This document shows, one piece after another, positions 16,902-25,586 of a stretch of DNA of 64,000 nucleotides. This stretch comes from Candidatus Cloacimonadota bacterium. Lineage in GTDB: Bacteria; Cloacimonadota; Cloacimonadia; Cloacimonadales; DAONDQ01. The notes under the pieces were generated by a model. The model searched no databases, was not told the origin of the DNA, and saw only the letters and a list, made by a program, of their open reading frames with translations. Position 1 is the first letter of the stretch. The number at the start of each line of letters is the position of its first letter. Location of the stretch: assembly GCA_035402645.1 (NCBI GenBank), contig DAONDQ010000004.1:293-64292 (forward strand), given 5' to 3'. Position numbers and translations under genes: made by a program.

Positions 16902-17106
16902 TTCTCTCCTTTAATTGTTTCTCTATATCGATTAAACACGCTTCCATGCTTTCCATTTGGTAAGCCATGACACCCTCACCCACTCCGATATTAACATACA
17001 TGGTGTAGGTGATTCGTTTATCACCATACATACATTTGTCGACGGAGAAGAAATCATGCTTACCTGCCAATTTCCTCAGCTTCGCTAATGCTTGTTTCTG
17101 TGTCAT
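16882..17106 (-). CDS. hypothetical protein (74 aa)
   Basis: In-operon ORF overlapping both neighbours. Confidence 0.4.
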   Translation of the reverse strand: MTQKQALAKLRKLAGKHDFFSVDKCMYGDKRITYTMYVNIGVGEGVMAYQMESMEACLIDIEKQLKERNELPNT

Positions 17107-17330
17107 TTACCGCTTTCCTCATTTAATGATAATACAATGCGATGTCCTTCCTCATTGTATATCTGTTTAACTTGTACTGGCGGAACAATCATTATTCCGT
17201 CGATGGTATAAGCGCGACCTTTGAACTCCACCAAGATAGGAATCTTGATGTCATCGAGGTTGCGCTTCGATTCACGAATCCTTCTAATCTCTTCAACTAA
17301 TTCACGATCATTCATTTCTTTCTCTCCCAT
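17103..17330 (-). CDS. hypothetical protein (75 aa)
   Basis: In-operon ORF with a 4-nt overlap downstream. Confidence 0.4.
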   Translation of the reverse strand: MGEKEMNDRELVEEIRRIRESKRNLDDIKIPILVEFKGRAYTIDGIMIVPPVQVKQIYNEEGHRIVLSLNEESGK

Positions 17331-17500
17331 ATTTTATCTTGACAACTCTGACATATTCCGCTAATCTTGAACTCCTTAACGGATAACTCATCTTCGAAAT
17401 CCTTGGCTTCGACCTTGTTGTGGCACAGTGGACAGTTTCCCATCTCAATCTGTTCCAGTTCCTTCACGAAGCCAACCTTCTTCATGATTTCTTTATTCAC
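17312..17500 (-). CDS. zinc-ribbon miniprotein (62 aa)
   Basis: CPLCHNK ... CQSCQDK. It has a GTG start preceded by AAGGAG. Confidence 0.45.
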   Translation of the reverse strand: MNKEIMKKVGFVKELEQIEMGNCPLCHNKVEAKDFEDELSVKEFKISGICQSCQDKIWERKK

Positions 17501-17651
17501 GTGTACCCATCTCCTTGTTTATTTTGACACATTCATCCTGTACTACCCAATGCCATATTCCTTTAATCGGATCGAAAGGAATATAGTTATCTCGCGCCCA
17601 CTGACGATATTCTTTTTCTTCTTCGATTGTCAAATCTTTATATAGTTTCAT
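17493..17651 (-). CDS. hypothetical protein (52 aa, below the ORF-track cutoff)
   Basis: The ATG at 17651 forms an ATGA overlap with the upstream stop. The product is MKLYKDLTIEEEKEYRQWARDNYIPFDPIKGIWHWVVQDECVKINKEMGTRE, and it fills an otherwise empty 150-nt gap. Confidence 0.45.
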   Translation of the reverse strand: MKLYKDLTIEEEKEYRQWARDNYIPFDPIKGIWHWVVQDECVKINKEMGTRE

Positions 17652-17845
17652 TTGATTTCCTTTACCTCATAGAGTTTGCCATCGTAAATGATAGCACGAA
17701 TCATGTTCTTGTTTTCCAACGCTTTGATTCGACGATCATGCTTCACTAAGGTAGCAATAAGTAGTACAATAAAGAACGATACCACTATAGCTATCAGAAT
17801 GAAAAACAAATCAACTTTGTGTATTGTGATCATTTCATCACCCAT
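17648..17845 (-). CDS. small membrane protein (65 aa, one TM helix)
   Basis: Hydrophobic segment FFILIAIVVSFFIVLLIATLV. Confidence 0.45.
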   Translation of the reverse strand: MGDEMITIHKVDLFFILIAIVVSFFIVLLIATLVKHDRRIKALENKNMIRAIIYDGKLYEVKEIK

Positions 17846-17996
17846 TCTATTTGTTTGTTTTCAATCATTTGTGTATATTCGCCAATGCTATGAAATATTA
17901 TTCCAATAGCAATATACTTATAACCGATCTGAACCATATGTCTACTTTTAAAATAAAAGAATTTGCATGGTGGTTTTGAAATATCAATAAAAAATG

Positions 17997-19019
17997 TCAT
18001 TCTTCCTCCATGTAAGGTCTATGATACCTTGCTTCCTTTGGAACGCCATCAACTGTCAGTTCACGATACCGGAAAGTAATCTTCTTTCCTAACGGGAAAT
18101 GAGGACTAATACCCACACATTTATATCCGGGAATCATATCCTCATTTGGATGAAAGGTTCTTTCCGCATCGGTCATGCCACTCAACTCGAAGCTCTTGCC
18201 ATGCCAACCTATGACTAATGCACCAATCATACCTAACATCTTGCCTGTCTTGCCTTCCTTACCGGCGATGTATCCGGTAACGTATCCTTCATCATCTTTC
18301 CAAGGTTTGATTTTAAGTATGGTATTGCATCGTTTCGCCATCCATACATCGTAACTTGCCCTAAGCATTAGACCTTCACCGCCTTTATCGCAAACCTCTT
18401 TCAATGCTTGATTGATGTTGGTAGTGCTGAGGTTCGTGTAGTCCACCAAGCAGATGTTACCATTCCAATTAATTCCGCTTAGTCTCTCATAGGTCGCTCC
18501 GAATGTACTACTTTGGCATAGTTCCTTGATTCCCAAATCACGCCAATAGGATTCAGCTTGGACAGGAATTATCACATCCGTCTTGCTGATGACTCTCGGC
18601 TCAAGGAAGTAACGAACCATAGGCGCACCGAACACCATCAAGTTGATTCGTTCCCAATTCTTGATGTCCTGTTCGGTGTAGTCGAGCCTCTTGGTTATGC
18701 TCATACATTCTTGGAACTGTCCTCGACCGAGGTACAACTCACCTTCGAGAAGATAAGGATGTTGCATCAGTTGCTCGATGATGAAAGGCGGAGCAGTTAT
18801 AACCTTCCCCAAGGAAGACCATAGTCCAGTGCTAATCATCTCGCGCTTATCCTTCTTAGTATTCGCCCATGTTACATTCTTCGCGGGCATACCCACAGTG
18901 ACGCCACCATCCCAAATGAAGTACCTACCATCTAGCTTTTCGCTGATGTACCAATCACTCGGATTGATAATGTGCTTCTTTGGATCGTAGACGTGTGCTT
19001 TATGTATGAACTCAGCCAT
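17997..19019 (-). CDS. ATP-dependent DNA ligase
   Basis: Motif I is SEKLDGRY (KxDG), motif III LEGELY, motif IV GGEGLMLR and motif V ILKIKP. The start is moved to the ATG at 19019 (MAEFIHK), which is preceded by AGGAGGA. The track start at 19097 lies inside the upstream gene. Confidence 0.85.
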   Translation of the reverse strand: MAEFIHKAHVYDPKKHIINPSDWYISEKLDGRYFIWDGGVTVGMPAKNVTWANTKKDKREMISTGLWSSLGKVITAPPFIIEQLMQHPYLLEGELYLGRGQFQECMSITKRLDYTEQDIKNWERINLMVFGAPMVRYFLEPRVISKTDVIIPVQAESYWRDLGIKELCQSSTFGATYERLSGINWNGNICLVDYTNLSTTNINQALKEVCDKGGEGLMLRASYDVWMAKRCNTILKIKPWKDDEGYVTGYIAGKEGKTGKMLGMIGALVIGWHGKSFELSGMTDAERTFHPNEDMIPGYKCVGISPHFPLGKKITFRYRELTVDGVPKEARYHRPYMEEE

Positions 19020-19317
19020 TTGAATCGTCCTCCTGTATTGGTAAATTCTCTTGTTCAAGTTGATCGAGTATATCACCCTCGTCTCGTATACGCACACTCA
19101 TGTAATCGTGTTCGCACCCGCACTCACAACAAACCTGTATTTCATCAACTTCATCTTGTGCATATATAGGAGTAACTGATTCGTCATCGATGTCCACATT
19201 CTTAGGCAGACAACCAATACAATACACGTCGCCATTCCAAGTTACCGCATCGAATTCGAATAGCATCATGGTTTCAGACTCCCAATTAATGCTTGCTTCT
19301 TCATGCATGGTTCGCAC
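19012..19317 (-). CDS. hypothetical Cys-rich protein (101 aa)
   Basis: CIGC ... CCECGC. In-operon. Confidence 0.4.
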   Translation of the reverse strand: MRTMHEEASINWESETMMLFEFDAVTWNGDVYCIGCLPKNVDIDDESVTPIYAQDEVDEIQVCCECGCEHDYMSVRIRDEGDILDQLEQENLPIQEDDSNG

Positions 19318-19574
19318 TTGTAGATGTAGATGTCGCCCATTTCACCTTTTCTTACATAGAGTTTCATCTTCTCTCCACAAGTCTTACAGATTTGGCAATC
19401 ACTCGAAACCATCCTGCATTTCTTGTACTTCTTGCCCGAACCACATGGACACAATGAGTTACGACCTATGTTTGCTTCGTTGAATACCATAGGCTGACCA
19501 TCGTTGTGCCAGTGTCTTACCATTCTACCCTTCTTTGACATCTGTTTTGATCCTTTCATCTTTGAAATCGTCAC
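19266..19574 (-). CDS. SEC-C motif zinc-binding protein
   Basis: The canonical SEC-C metal-binding motif [12 protein letters not shown] is followed by a second CxxC pair. Confidence 0.5.
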   Translation of the reverse strand: MTISKMKGSKQMSKKGRMVRHWHNDGQPMVFNEANIGRNSLCPCGSGKKYKKCRMVSSDCQICKTCGEKMKLYVRKGEMGDIYIYKCEPCMKKQALIGSLKP

Positions 19575-19767
19575 ATATTATTTCGGCATGGCACAGACTT
19601 AACTGTACTCTGCCCGTATTGGGTGATTCATGTGGCTCTAAGAATAGAGGACACCAATCACCACAACATCCGCCATCCTTATCATAAGGACAGGCTTGCT
19701 TTTTAAATGTTCCGGCTCTCTTAATGAATAGAAAGCCATCACTACTGATTTTGCAATCCATCTTCAT
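19525..19767 (-). CDS. hypothetical Cys-rich protein (80 aa)
   Basis: In-operon ORF containing [15 protein letters not shown]. Confidence 0.4.
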   Translation of the reverse strand: MKMDCKISSDGFLFIKRAGTFKKQACPYDKDGGCCGDWCPLFLEPHESPNTGRVQLSLCHAEIICDDFKDERIKTDVKEG

Positions 19768-20147
19768 CGATTAGTTTGCTCCCTCATGGCATCTCTTGCC
19801 TGTTTGTGAATAATATCGTTATCCTCAATGTTTACAGGAGGATTATGATATTCGTTATTATCATTTGCCTTTGCCATCTTGTACTTGCATACCGGACACT
19901 GAAACAAATCACCGCGATATGTAGTGAATCGGTCTACGAATACATTCATGCCTGTCTTGATGCACTGCAACTCATGTCCACATTCTGCACATATTAGCAT
20001 ATTCATTTTCTCCTTATGTTTTTCAATCCATTCTCGCAATTCCGTATACGCTTCCCATCTGCCCATAGCAGTTCGGGACATCTTACACGTCTTGCGCTCT
20101 ATTTCGATGTAGTTATCGAGATGTTGTATTAATGTCGTCACATCCAC
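19764..20147 (-). CDS. zinc-ribbon protein (127 aa)
   Basis: CAECGHELQC ... CPVCKYK. Confidence 0.45.
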   Translation of the reverse strand: MDVTTLIQHLDNYIEIERKTCKMSRTAMGRWEAYTELREWIEKHKEKMNMLICAECGHELQCIKTGMNVFVDRFTTYRGDLFQCPVCKYKMAKANDNNEYHNPPVNIEDNDIIHKQARDAMREQTNR

Positions 20148-20452
20148 CTAACTATATCTATTACATCAGCGATTGTCAAATCAGTGTCCTTGTTCTCGTC
20201 CTTCTCGGCATCGTAACCCACAAAGAGTCCATTACCGGCGAATGGCTGAGGACAACCCACTATCATGAAGGTACTCTCCACCTTCTTGCAATAGCCTTCT
20301 TCATCAACCCATAGTGTGCTTTCGGAGATAGTAGTAGCGACCTCAATCAAACTACATCCGATGTGCTTGTAGCAATCCTCCAAGAAGTTCTTATCACTTA
20401 CTTGGACTTCACGAATAGTTCTTTCTTTGGAATTGATTAGTATGGCTCTCAT
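20138..20452 (-). CDS. hypothetical protein, DUF3846-like by recollection
   Basis: 104 aa, MRAILINSKERTIREVQVSD...LWVDEEGY. The pattern resembles a phage/plasmid family, but this was not checked. Confidence 0.35.
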   Translation of the reverse strand: MRAILINSKERTIREVQVSDKNFLEDCYKHIGCSLIEVATTISESTLWVDEEGYCKKVESTFMIVGCPQPFAGNGLFVGYDAEKDENKDTDLTIADVIDIVRWM

Positions 20453-20646
20453 GTTATTCCCCTCCTTTTAATGAATACATCAATCACTTCGATCTGCTTC
20501 TCAAGGTTTGTCATACAAACTGTATCAGCGATTTCCCTGTTGGTCATCTCTTTCAGTTCGTCGACCTTGTCCTGCTTCTTCTTGCGAAGATCCTTTAATG
20601 CCTTCGCTGGCATTACCATCATCTGATTGTCCATTCCTTCACTCAT
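20449..20646 (-). CDS. hypothetical protein (65 aa)
   Basis: The start is moved to the ATG at 20646 (MSEGMDNQ), which is preceded by AAGGGAG. Confidence 0.4.
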   Translation of the reverse strand: MSEGMDNQMMVMPAKALKDLRKKKQDKVDELKEMTNREIADTVCMTNLEKQIEVIDVFIKRRGIT

Positions 20647-20816
20647 AACACACTCCCTTTTATATAAATTTGACCGTTCTTTAAGAACTCCATATCTTTT
20701 CCGTCCCGTATTCTTCGAGCGTGAGTCCAACTTATCTTGATGAACTCATCACCATTCTGCGTTATATCGAAGAACCGCCTATTGATTGGTAAATCCTTGA
20801 AGGGTACTTTCCTCAT
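20643..20816 (-). CDS. hypothetical protein (57 aa, below the ORF-track cutoff)
   Basis: ATGA overlaps occur at both ends, with the sigma gene stop and with the next start. The product begins MRKVPFKDLPINRRFFDITQNGDEFIKISWTHARRIRDG. Confidence 0.45.
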   Translation of the reverse strand: MRKVPFKDLPINRRFFDITQNGDEFIKISWTHARRIRDGKDMEFLKNGQIYIKGSVL

Positions 20817-21475
20817 GATTCGATATCCCTCAATATTCGCCTAAGTTTCTCCATCAACTCTGTCTTGACTTGATGAATGTACTGTTGGCTGACTTTTATT
20901 TCTGCTCCGATTTCCGAATCAGTGAAGCCACATACCTTACCATGTAATACGTGCAACTCCACCTTATTCAGCTTCGATTCGATAATCTCAGCTATGTCGG
21001 AATACATATACTCCGTGACCAACTCCGGACTCTCATTGAAGTTCTGATAATCAATGAACTTGTATTTCAATTCCTCTTCGCGATTGAGTTTCTTGAGCAT
21101 CCTATACCACCACTGTGGAACAGGTACTACACTTAGATTGGCGCGGTGTGTCTGAACTCGTCCCCTTATACATTTCGCTATATACTGGATATAGTTTCGA
21201 TGAGGAAGTTCCTCTAACTTATTCACGCACTCCACAAGACACTCCACTGCCACTGAATATTCATCTTTGGTTTTCCTACCAATCTTCTTAGCTAATGGTA
21301 GGAGGTCTAATATAATTTGTTCATGCTTTCCCATGATTAGCAAATCATATATTCCGTTATTATCCAAAGATCCTCCATCCGATGTAGGAGATGAAGCTGA
21401 TGAGCCACACTGCCCAGATACAGAAGGCGACTCTGCCAACTGTTCTGCCGATTGAACGACGCTTGTACTTTCCAT
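20813..21475 (-). CDS. phage-encoded sigma-70 family factor
   Basis: 220 aa. The C-terminal region-4-like HTH is ELHVLHGKVCGFTDSEIGAEIKVSQQYIHQVKTELMEKLRRIL. An upstream helical region resembles region 2. Confidence 0.6.
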   Translation of the reverse strand: MESTSVVQSAEQLAESPSVSGQCGSSASSPTSDGGSLDNNGIYDLLIMGKHEQIILDLLPLAKKIGRKTKDEYSVAVECLVECVNKLEELPHRNYIQYIAKCIRGRVQTHRANLSVVPVPQWWYRMLKKLNREEELKYKFIDYQNFNESPELVTEYMYSDIAEIIESKLNKVELHVLHGKVCGFTDSEIGAEIKVSQQYIHQVKTELMEKLRRILRDIES

Positions 21476-21498
21476 AATTCACTACGCACCCCTTTTTA

Positions 21499-21873
21499 TT
21501 AAAAATTTGGACTTACTATTACTTCCGCTCCACATTTACAACGATAACTGTAATTCGCATCAGCTTCCACGCGCTTCTTAATCTTGCACAGTGGACACAT
21601 GACCGTTTGTATTCCCGATTCCACAATCTCTTCTAAGGAATCGCAAGCCACGGCATTAACTGTTGAATAGTTATTAATTATGCTTGGCTTACCTTGTATG
21701 ATTCGCTTCGAACCTACTGTCCAATCGCCATGTGAGGTCATACAATCTTCGCACATGTTTGCCCAAGTGGATCGACCACTCATACGGGCATCATATATTC
21801 CCGGCTTCTTACCGCATATATCGCAGTTGGGAATTGATTCAACATAAATGTCTTTAATCATTTTACACCCCAA
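21499..21873 (-). CDS. double zinc-ribbon protein (124 aa)
   Basis: CDICGKK...CEDC and CPLCKIK...CKCG. Confidence 0.45.
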   Translation of the reverse strand: MGCKMIKDIYVESIPNCDICGKKPGIYDARMSGRSTWANMCEDCMTSHGDWTVGSKRIIQGKPSIINNYSTVNAVACDSLEEIVESGIQTVMCPLCKIKKRVEADANYSYRCKCGAEVIVSPNF

Positions 21874-22043
21874 AATGTTTTAAAGTGCATAGATTGCCTT
21901 ACGTATTTAGCTTGCTTGTTACTCTTTATTGTGAAATACGGAGCATTATTATTTGAGCAAGTTATGCATCGACCATCATGTCCATAGTGGCTCTTATGCT
22001 TACGGAGATGACTTATTAGTTGTAGATGCTTGGAAGTAATCAT
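21858..22043 (-). CDS. hypothetical protein (61 aa)
   Basis: In-operon ORF with a 4-nt overlap upstream. Confidence 0.35.
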   Translation of the reverse strand: MITSKHLQLISHLRKHKSHYGHDGRCITCSNNNAPYFTIKSNKQAKYVRQSMHFKTFWGVK

Positions 22044-22306
22044 TGAATACTCCTTATTCCTAATGACTTTAGGAAGTTGAAGACCTCTTCGCTAATCTCT
22101 TTGCCTTCCGTGAATACGAAGATGTCATCTTGGCTTACTAAATCACGGTCATTCTGAACACCAAGAGTTGGATCAGCATCAAGACTCTCATGAAACCATG
22201 CTTGAAATGGTGTAGTGTGTTTGGATTTAACAATCCAAGTGAGAGTTCTATTGTGTCCGATTGATTCAAACACTAAATAATATTTCATTTGAACTGCTCC
22301 GGACAC
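22040..22306 (-). CDS. hypothetical protein (88 aa)
   Basis: In-operon ORF. Confidence 0.4.
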   Translation of the reverse strand: MSGAVQMKYYLVFESIGHNRTLTWIVKSKHTTPFQAWFHESLDADPTLGVQNDRDLVSQDDIFVFTEGKEISEEVFNFLKSLGIRSIQ

Positions 22307-22479
22307 CCTTCATAGGGATTCCGTTCATGTCTTATTGCACCATCTACATCACTGCCATCATACCCATCAATGAATTCAATCACGATAGGGCGGTCACCAT
22401 TCTTGATGGCTTCCATCATGCACTGCCGAGCGTTAGCAAGCCCTTGGGCATTACTAACCTTGATAACTTCCTTGTTCAT
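22285..22479 (-). CDS. hypothetical protein (64 aa)
   Basis: The start is moved to the ATG at 22479 (MNKEVIKV), which is preceded by AGAGGTG. Confidence 0.4.
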   Translation of the reverse strand: MNKEVIKVSNAQGLANARQCMMEAIKNGDRPIVIEFIDGYDGSDVDGAIRHERNPYEGCPEQFK

Positions 22480-22534
22480 TACGCACCTCTCTTCTATTTT
22501 TGGTTTCTTTGACTTGCCTATATTCCAAGGCATT

Positions 22535-22963
22535 TTAGATAGTTTTAAAGACCTTCCCATAAGTTATGAACTCCTCTTTTGTAATCTCCTTAACGCCCGT
22601 AATCTCAAGTATCGCCTCACCAACATCGACTTTGGGTAGGCTACCAAGACTTTCGAGTTCAGTGTAGTCGTGTACTGATTCTCTCCAGTTTTCAATGGCG
22701 TCTCCGCAATCCATAGCTTTGGTAATATAGAACACGTCGTGTGAACTGTTTTCGTTTTCATTTGGTGTATTCTGTTCGGTGATTAAATAGAACTTCTTAG
22801 GAGGCACTGCGATTACTGAATCGAGCTTCCAAGTTTCCTCATATATCTTTTCGCACTTGGTACACTTCAACTGACGAGTCATGGAGTCCTCTTCGTAATG
22901 ATCATACTCGGATAGGACTTCCAGTTCATCGTTGCCACATTCGCATTTTTCTAATCTTTTCAT
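22535..22963 (-). CDS. zinc-ribbon protein
   Basis: The start is moved to the ATG at 22963 (MKRLEKCECGN), which is preceded by GGAGGA and forms a TAATG overlap. Motif CECG...CTKC. Confidence 0.45.
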   Translation of the reverse strand: MKRLEKCECGNDELEVLSEYDHYEEDSMTRQLKCTKCEKIYEETWKLDSVIAVPPKKFYLITEQNTPNENENSSHDVFYITKAMDCGDAIENWRESVHDYTELESLGSLPKVDVGEAILEITGVKEITKEEFITYGKVFKTI

Positions 22964-23292
22964 TATTCCTCCAACAGTTCGATGAAGTTGCAATCATAGA
23001 GGCTTTCGTACATCTCCGGTGTGATGTCCATCACGTGCATGAGAAGTACCACAGTTAAATCATCTTCGTAGTTGCCTGTTGGCTTTCCTTCGGAATCCAT
23101 TATGGGAGATAGGTGTTGGTTGTATGCGTTCCATAATCCACGCCAATCATCCTTCTTACAAATCATGTGTTCGGTGACCTCAAGCGGAACTAAATCAGCG
23201 TTCTCCTGTGCTGAGTTTGTCGGCTTGACCATGTGATTCTTGAATCGGTTCTTGATTGTCAATAGCTTAGCCATTTGAATCATCCCTTTCAT
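22963..23292 (-). CDS. hypothetical protein (first gene after the operator region)
   Basis: 109-aa ORF. The alternative start MAKLL at 23274 has the better SD spacing. Confidence 0.45.
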   Translation of the reverse strand: MKGMIQMAKLLTIKNRFKNHMVKPTNSAQENADLVPLEVTEHMICKKDDWRGLWNAYNQHLSPIMDSEGKPTGNYEDDLTVVLLMHVMDITPEMYESLYDCNFIELLEE

Positions 23293-23357
23293 TTTGATTT
23301 TGATTTACGATAATCATAATCTTGTTTCCGACCTTCCATTAGTATAACGAAAATTCG

Positions 23358-23371
23358 TTACAAAATTGTAA
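23358..23371. promoter_or_regulatory. operator O1, TTACAAAATTGTAA
   Basis: Inverted half-sites TTACAA and TTGTAA are separated by AA. It abuts a second palindrome of the same design, AACGAAAATTCGTT, at 23346-23359. Confidence 0.6.
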
Positions 23372-23468
23372 TTAACCTTTATAATTTTTCCATATTTCGA
23401 CATAATATAATATAAAGCTATATTCAATATATACAAGCGGAAAACAAAAATAATTGAAAAATAATTAG

Positions 23469-23482
23469 TTACAAAATTGTAA
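23469..23482. promoter_or_regulatory. operator O2, (AG)TTACAAAATTGTAA(CT)
   Basis: Identical 14-mer. Here the symmetry extends to 18 bp. Confidence 0.6.
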
Positions 23483-23499
23483 CTACATTTTACAACGAA

Positions 23500-23513
23500 T
23501 TACAAAATTGTAA
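23500..23513. promoter_or_regulatory. operator O3, TTACAAAATTGTAA
   Basis: Identical 14-mer, 31 bp centre-to-centre from O2. Confidence 0.6.
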
Positions 23514-23537
23514 GATTCAAGAATCCAATAATCATAA

Positions 23538-24044
23538 TCAATGTTCGTGCATCCCATTGATGTGTAAATCAAACAACTCCAAAGATGTTTGGCATTTACT
23601 ACCAAAGATATAGAAAATATCAAAATCATTATACAAGTAATCGATTGCCAAATCCGTATATATTTTCCCCATTGGATCATATATGGATTTGCTTCGCCAA
23701 TCCCAAGCGATAGCATGATGACCATTCGTTAGTACAATGTCATGATGCTCAAAGTACATCTTCACACTATAGAATGGCTTGAATGATTTAATATCTTTCA
23801 TGTCATGGCTTATATCCAAACTCTTAGGCAACTCCATCACAGTAAAACCCCTTGAGTTTGCTAACCAAATCAATTCAGCAGAATGGAAGCCACGATAGCA
23901 CCGAGGAACTTCTAGGTTGGTAAAAGCTATCTCAGTGCCATCGTGACCTAAAATCTTAAACACGTGTTCTACATCTACGCCCATGCACATAGCAAAGGCA
24001 GTAGCAAGACAACTGGCTCGATTAGGTTGTTTAATCAGATTCAT
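23538..24044 (-). CDS. papain-fold cysteine peptidase (C39-like)
   Basis: QPNRASCLATAFAMCMG has Gln six residues before the candidate catalytic Cys. GHHAIAWD and IYDP are candidate His and Asp residues. The start is moved to 24044 (ATGA overlap with the upstream stop). Confidence 0.45.
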   Translation of the reverse strand: MNLIKQPNRASCLATAFAMCMGVDVEHVFKILGHDGTEIAFTNLEVPRCYRGFHSAELIWLANSRGFTVMELPKSLDISHDMKDIKSFKPFYSVKMYFEHHDIVLTNGHHAIAWDWRSKSIYDPMGKIYTDLAIDYLYNDFDIFYIFGSKCQTSLELFDLHINGMHEH

Positions 24045-24394
24045 GGTTTCATTATGCTCAAGTAACAATGCCAATTAGGTGCGCCAAACAGTTTCCTATA
24101 CTCGTCATCCGTACCCGCAGTAAGTATCCAAATACCCACTCCGGCAGCTGAGAATTTAGGGAAGTCAATCAACTGTTGGCTTGTGAATCTACTGCCTTTC
24201 ATGTTTGGTAATTTGACCTCTATCCATCGTATACCATACTTTTGATGGGCAGTAAACAGATCGGGGAATCCGGCTTGATACATATTGCCGTGAGTAGGCT
24301 TGACAAACCAATCACGGCACTTCATGTAATCAGAGATGGCTTTCTGAACTTTAGCCTCCGGACTATTTTCGCCGTATTCTTTAGCTTTAAACAT
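24041..24394 (-). CDS. VRR-NUC domain nuclease
   Basis: GFPDLF ... IRWIEVKLPNMKGSRFTSQQ, a PD...E-x-K core followed by a conserved Q. Confidence 0.65.
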   Translation of the reverse strand: MFKAKEYGENSPEAKVQKAISDYMKCRDWFVKPTHGNMYQAGFPDLFTAHQKYGIRWIEVKLPNMKGSRFTSQQLIDFPKFSAAGVGIWILTAGTDDEYRKLFGAPNWHCYLSIMKP

Positions 24395-24653
24395 CTTTAT
24401 CCATCCATGACTTTGTTATGGCTGACATCTTGATTATATCATCGAGATGTTTAGACATACCAGTAGAGTCCTTTTGAATTCGCTCGATATTAACGAGGTT
24501 GGCTATCTCGATTATCCTATGGGTATAGAACTCAAGACTTCCCATCTCGCTTATCAGTTTCATGTCCATGTCCTTCTTCGGATTGAACCGGCACTTCGAT
24601 AGCGTCCTGCTTATGTCCTTTGCAGAGATCATTTTCGCATTTACCTTTGGCAT
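24387..24653 (-). CDS. hypothetical protein (88 aa)
   Basis: Strong SD: AGGAGATAAAGATG. Confidence 0.45.
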   Translation of the reverse strand: MPKVNAKMISAKDISRTLSKCRFNPKKDMDMKLISEMGSLEFYTHRIIEIANLVNIERIQKDSTGMSKHLDDIIKMSAITKSWMDKDV

Positions 24654-24891
24654 CTTTATCTCCTATTACAGATTTCTCAATCAGTTTCAACACATAAGCA
24701 TACTTGCTGAAAAGAATTTGCAAACAACAAGCCTTAACATCTTCGACATCTATATCCTTTGCAAATATCTCCGGCAATAGTACGCCGTTAAGAGTTGCCC
24801 TATGAGATAAATCTTCCTGCTCGTAGATACACAAATCTGTGTAGGGCAAATTGAATCTGTGTACTTTCGTTCCCGGCTTAATTTGATCCAT
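24532..24891 (-). CDS. hypothetical protein (119 aa; the last ~40 codons overlap the next gene out of frame)
   Basis: In-operon ORF with an unusual 122-nt overlap. Confidence 0.4.
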   Translation of the reverse strand: MDQIKPGTKVHRFNLPYTDLCIYEQEDLSHRATLNGVLLPEIFAKDIDVEDVKACCLQILFSKYAYVLKLIEKSVIGDKDAKGKCENDLCKGHKQDAIEVPVQSEEGHGHETDKRDGKS

Positions 24892-25234
24892 ACGTCCTCC
24901 TTATGCAAGTAGGACGACTTGTCCACTTGGTTTTCAATTTCGATTTAGCTTCTTTGAGAAGTTTCATTTCGGGTAGGTCAGTGAGTTTGTAGACCTTATA
25001 GTGCTTCCATCTGTCCGGAGGACACAAGGCATACACTTCATTGAATTCACGAACCTCCATTAAGATGAAGGAATCAAGCCACTCGATGGCGTCGACAAGT
25101 TTCTCTTTACGGGCAACTGTTGATGGACGCACCTCGAAATCTCCAATCTCCGCATCAATTAATGATGGCTTCACTCGATCTTGAAATGATTTGAGAATCA
25201 TCTCTGCCAATTCTTGCTTGGTCTTATCATGCAT
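24878..25234 (-). CDS. hypothetical protein (118 aa)
   Basis: In-operon ORF. Confidence 0.4.
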   Translation of the reverse strand: MHDKTKQELAEMILKSFQDRVKPSLIDAEIGDFEVRPSTVARKEKLVDAIEWLDSFILMEVREFNEVYALCPPDRWKHYKVYKLTDLPEMKLLKEAKSKLKTKWTSRPTCIRRTYGSN

Positions 25235-25586
25235 TAGACCTTCTCCTTTTTATGATTGTTATCAACGTTCCTTTGTTCATAATAAGGTAGTTAGGAATCT
25301 TTAGAGATGAGGCTTCCTTTCGTAAGGTTTCCACATTCCAAAGATCGAGTGGCAGTAACTTCTTATTATGTTCAAGCCAATTTTTTAATTCCTCAATCTT
25401 GCCTTCCATTATCCATTTGAAAATCTTATCCTTGTCTTTGTACTCCTCGAAGATTAATTCGAATTCCTTGTTAGCAATATAGTTTTCTACATTACGGAAG
25501 TTCTTCACTTTATCGTGAAGGTCTTCCCGAATATGCCCCAGTAGGGACTTTACTTCTCCGCCCATGATTTTAATCCTACCTTCCAT
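25227..25586 (-). CDS. hypothetical protein (119 aa)
   Basis: In-operon ORF overlapping the polymerase stop. The alternative start is at 25565. Confidence 0.4.
   Translation of the reverse strand: MEGRIKIMGGEVKSLLGHIREDLHDKVKNFRNVENYIANKEFELIFEEYKDKDKIFKWIMEGKIEELKNWLEHNKKLLPLDLWNVETLRKEASSLKIPNYLIMNKGTLITIIKRRRSNA

Noticed and set aside
23483-23725. 80-aa minus-strand ORF extending from the peptidase gene into the operator region.
   Set aside because: It is out of frame within the better-supported peptidase CDS. Its translation is hydrophobic and low-complexity, and its 3' end (stop at 23483) runs over operator O3.
24532-24653. Programmed frameshift joining the overlapping ORFs 24532-24891 and 24387-24653.
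   Set aside because: No slippery heptamer lies in the overlap. The downstream ORF has its own strong SD (AGGAGATAAAGATG), so independent initiation is the simpler reading.
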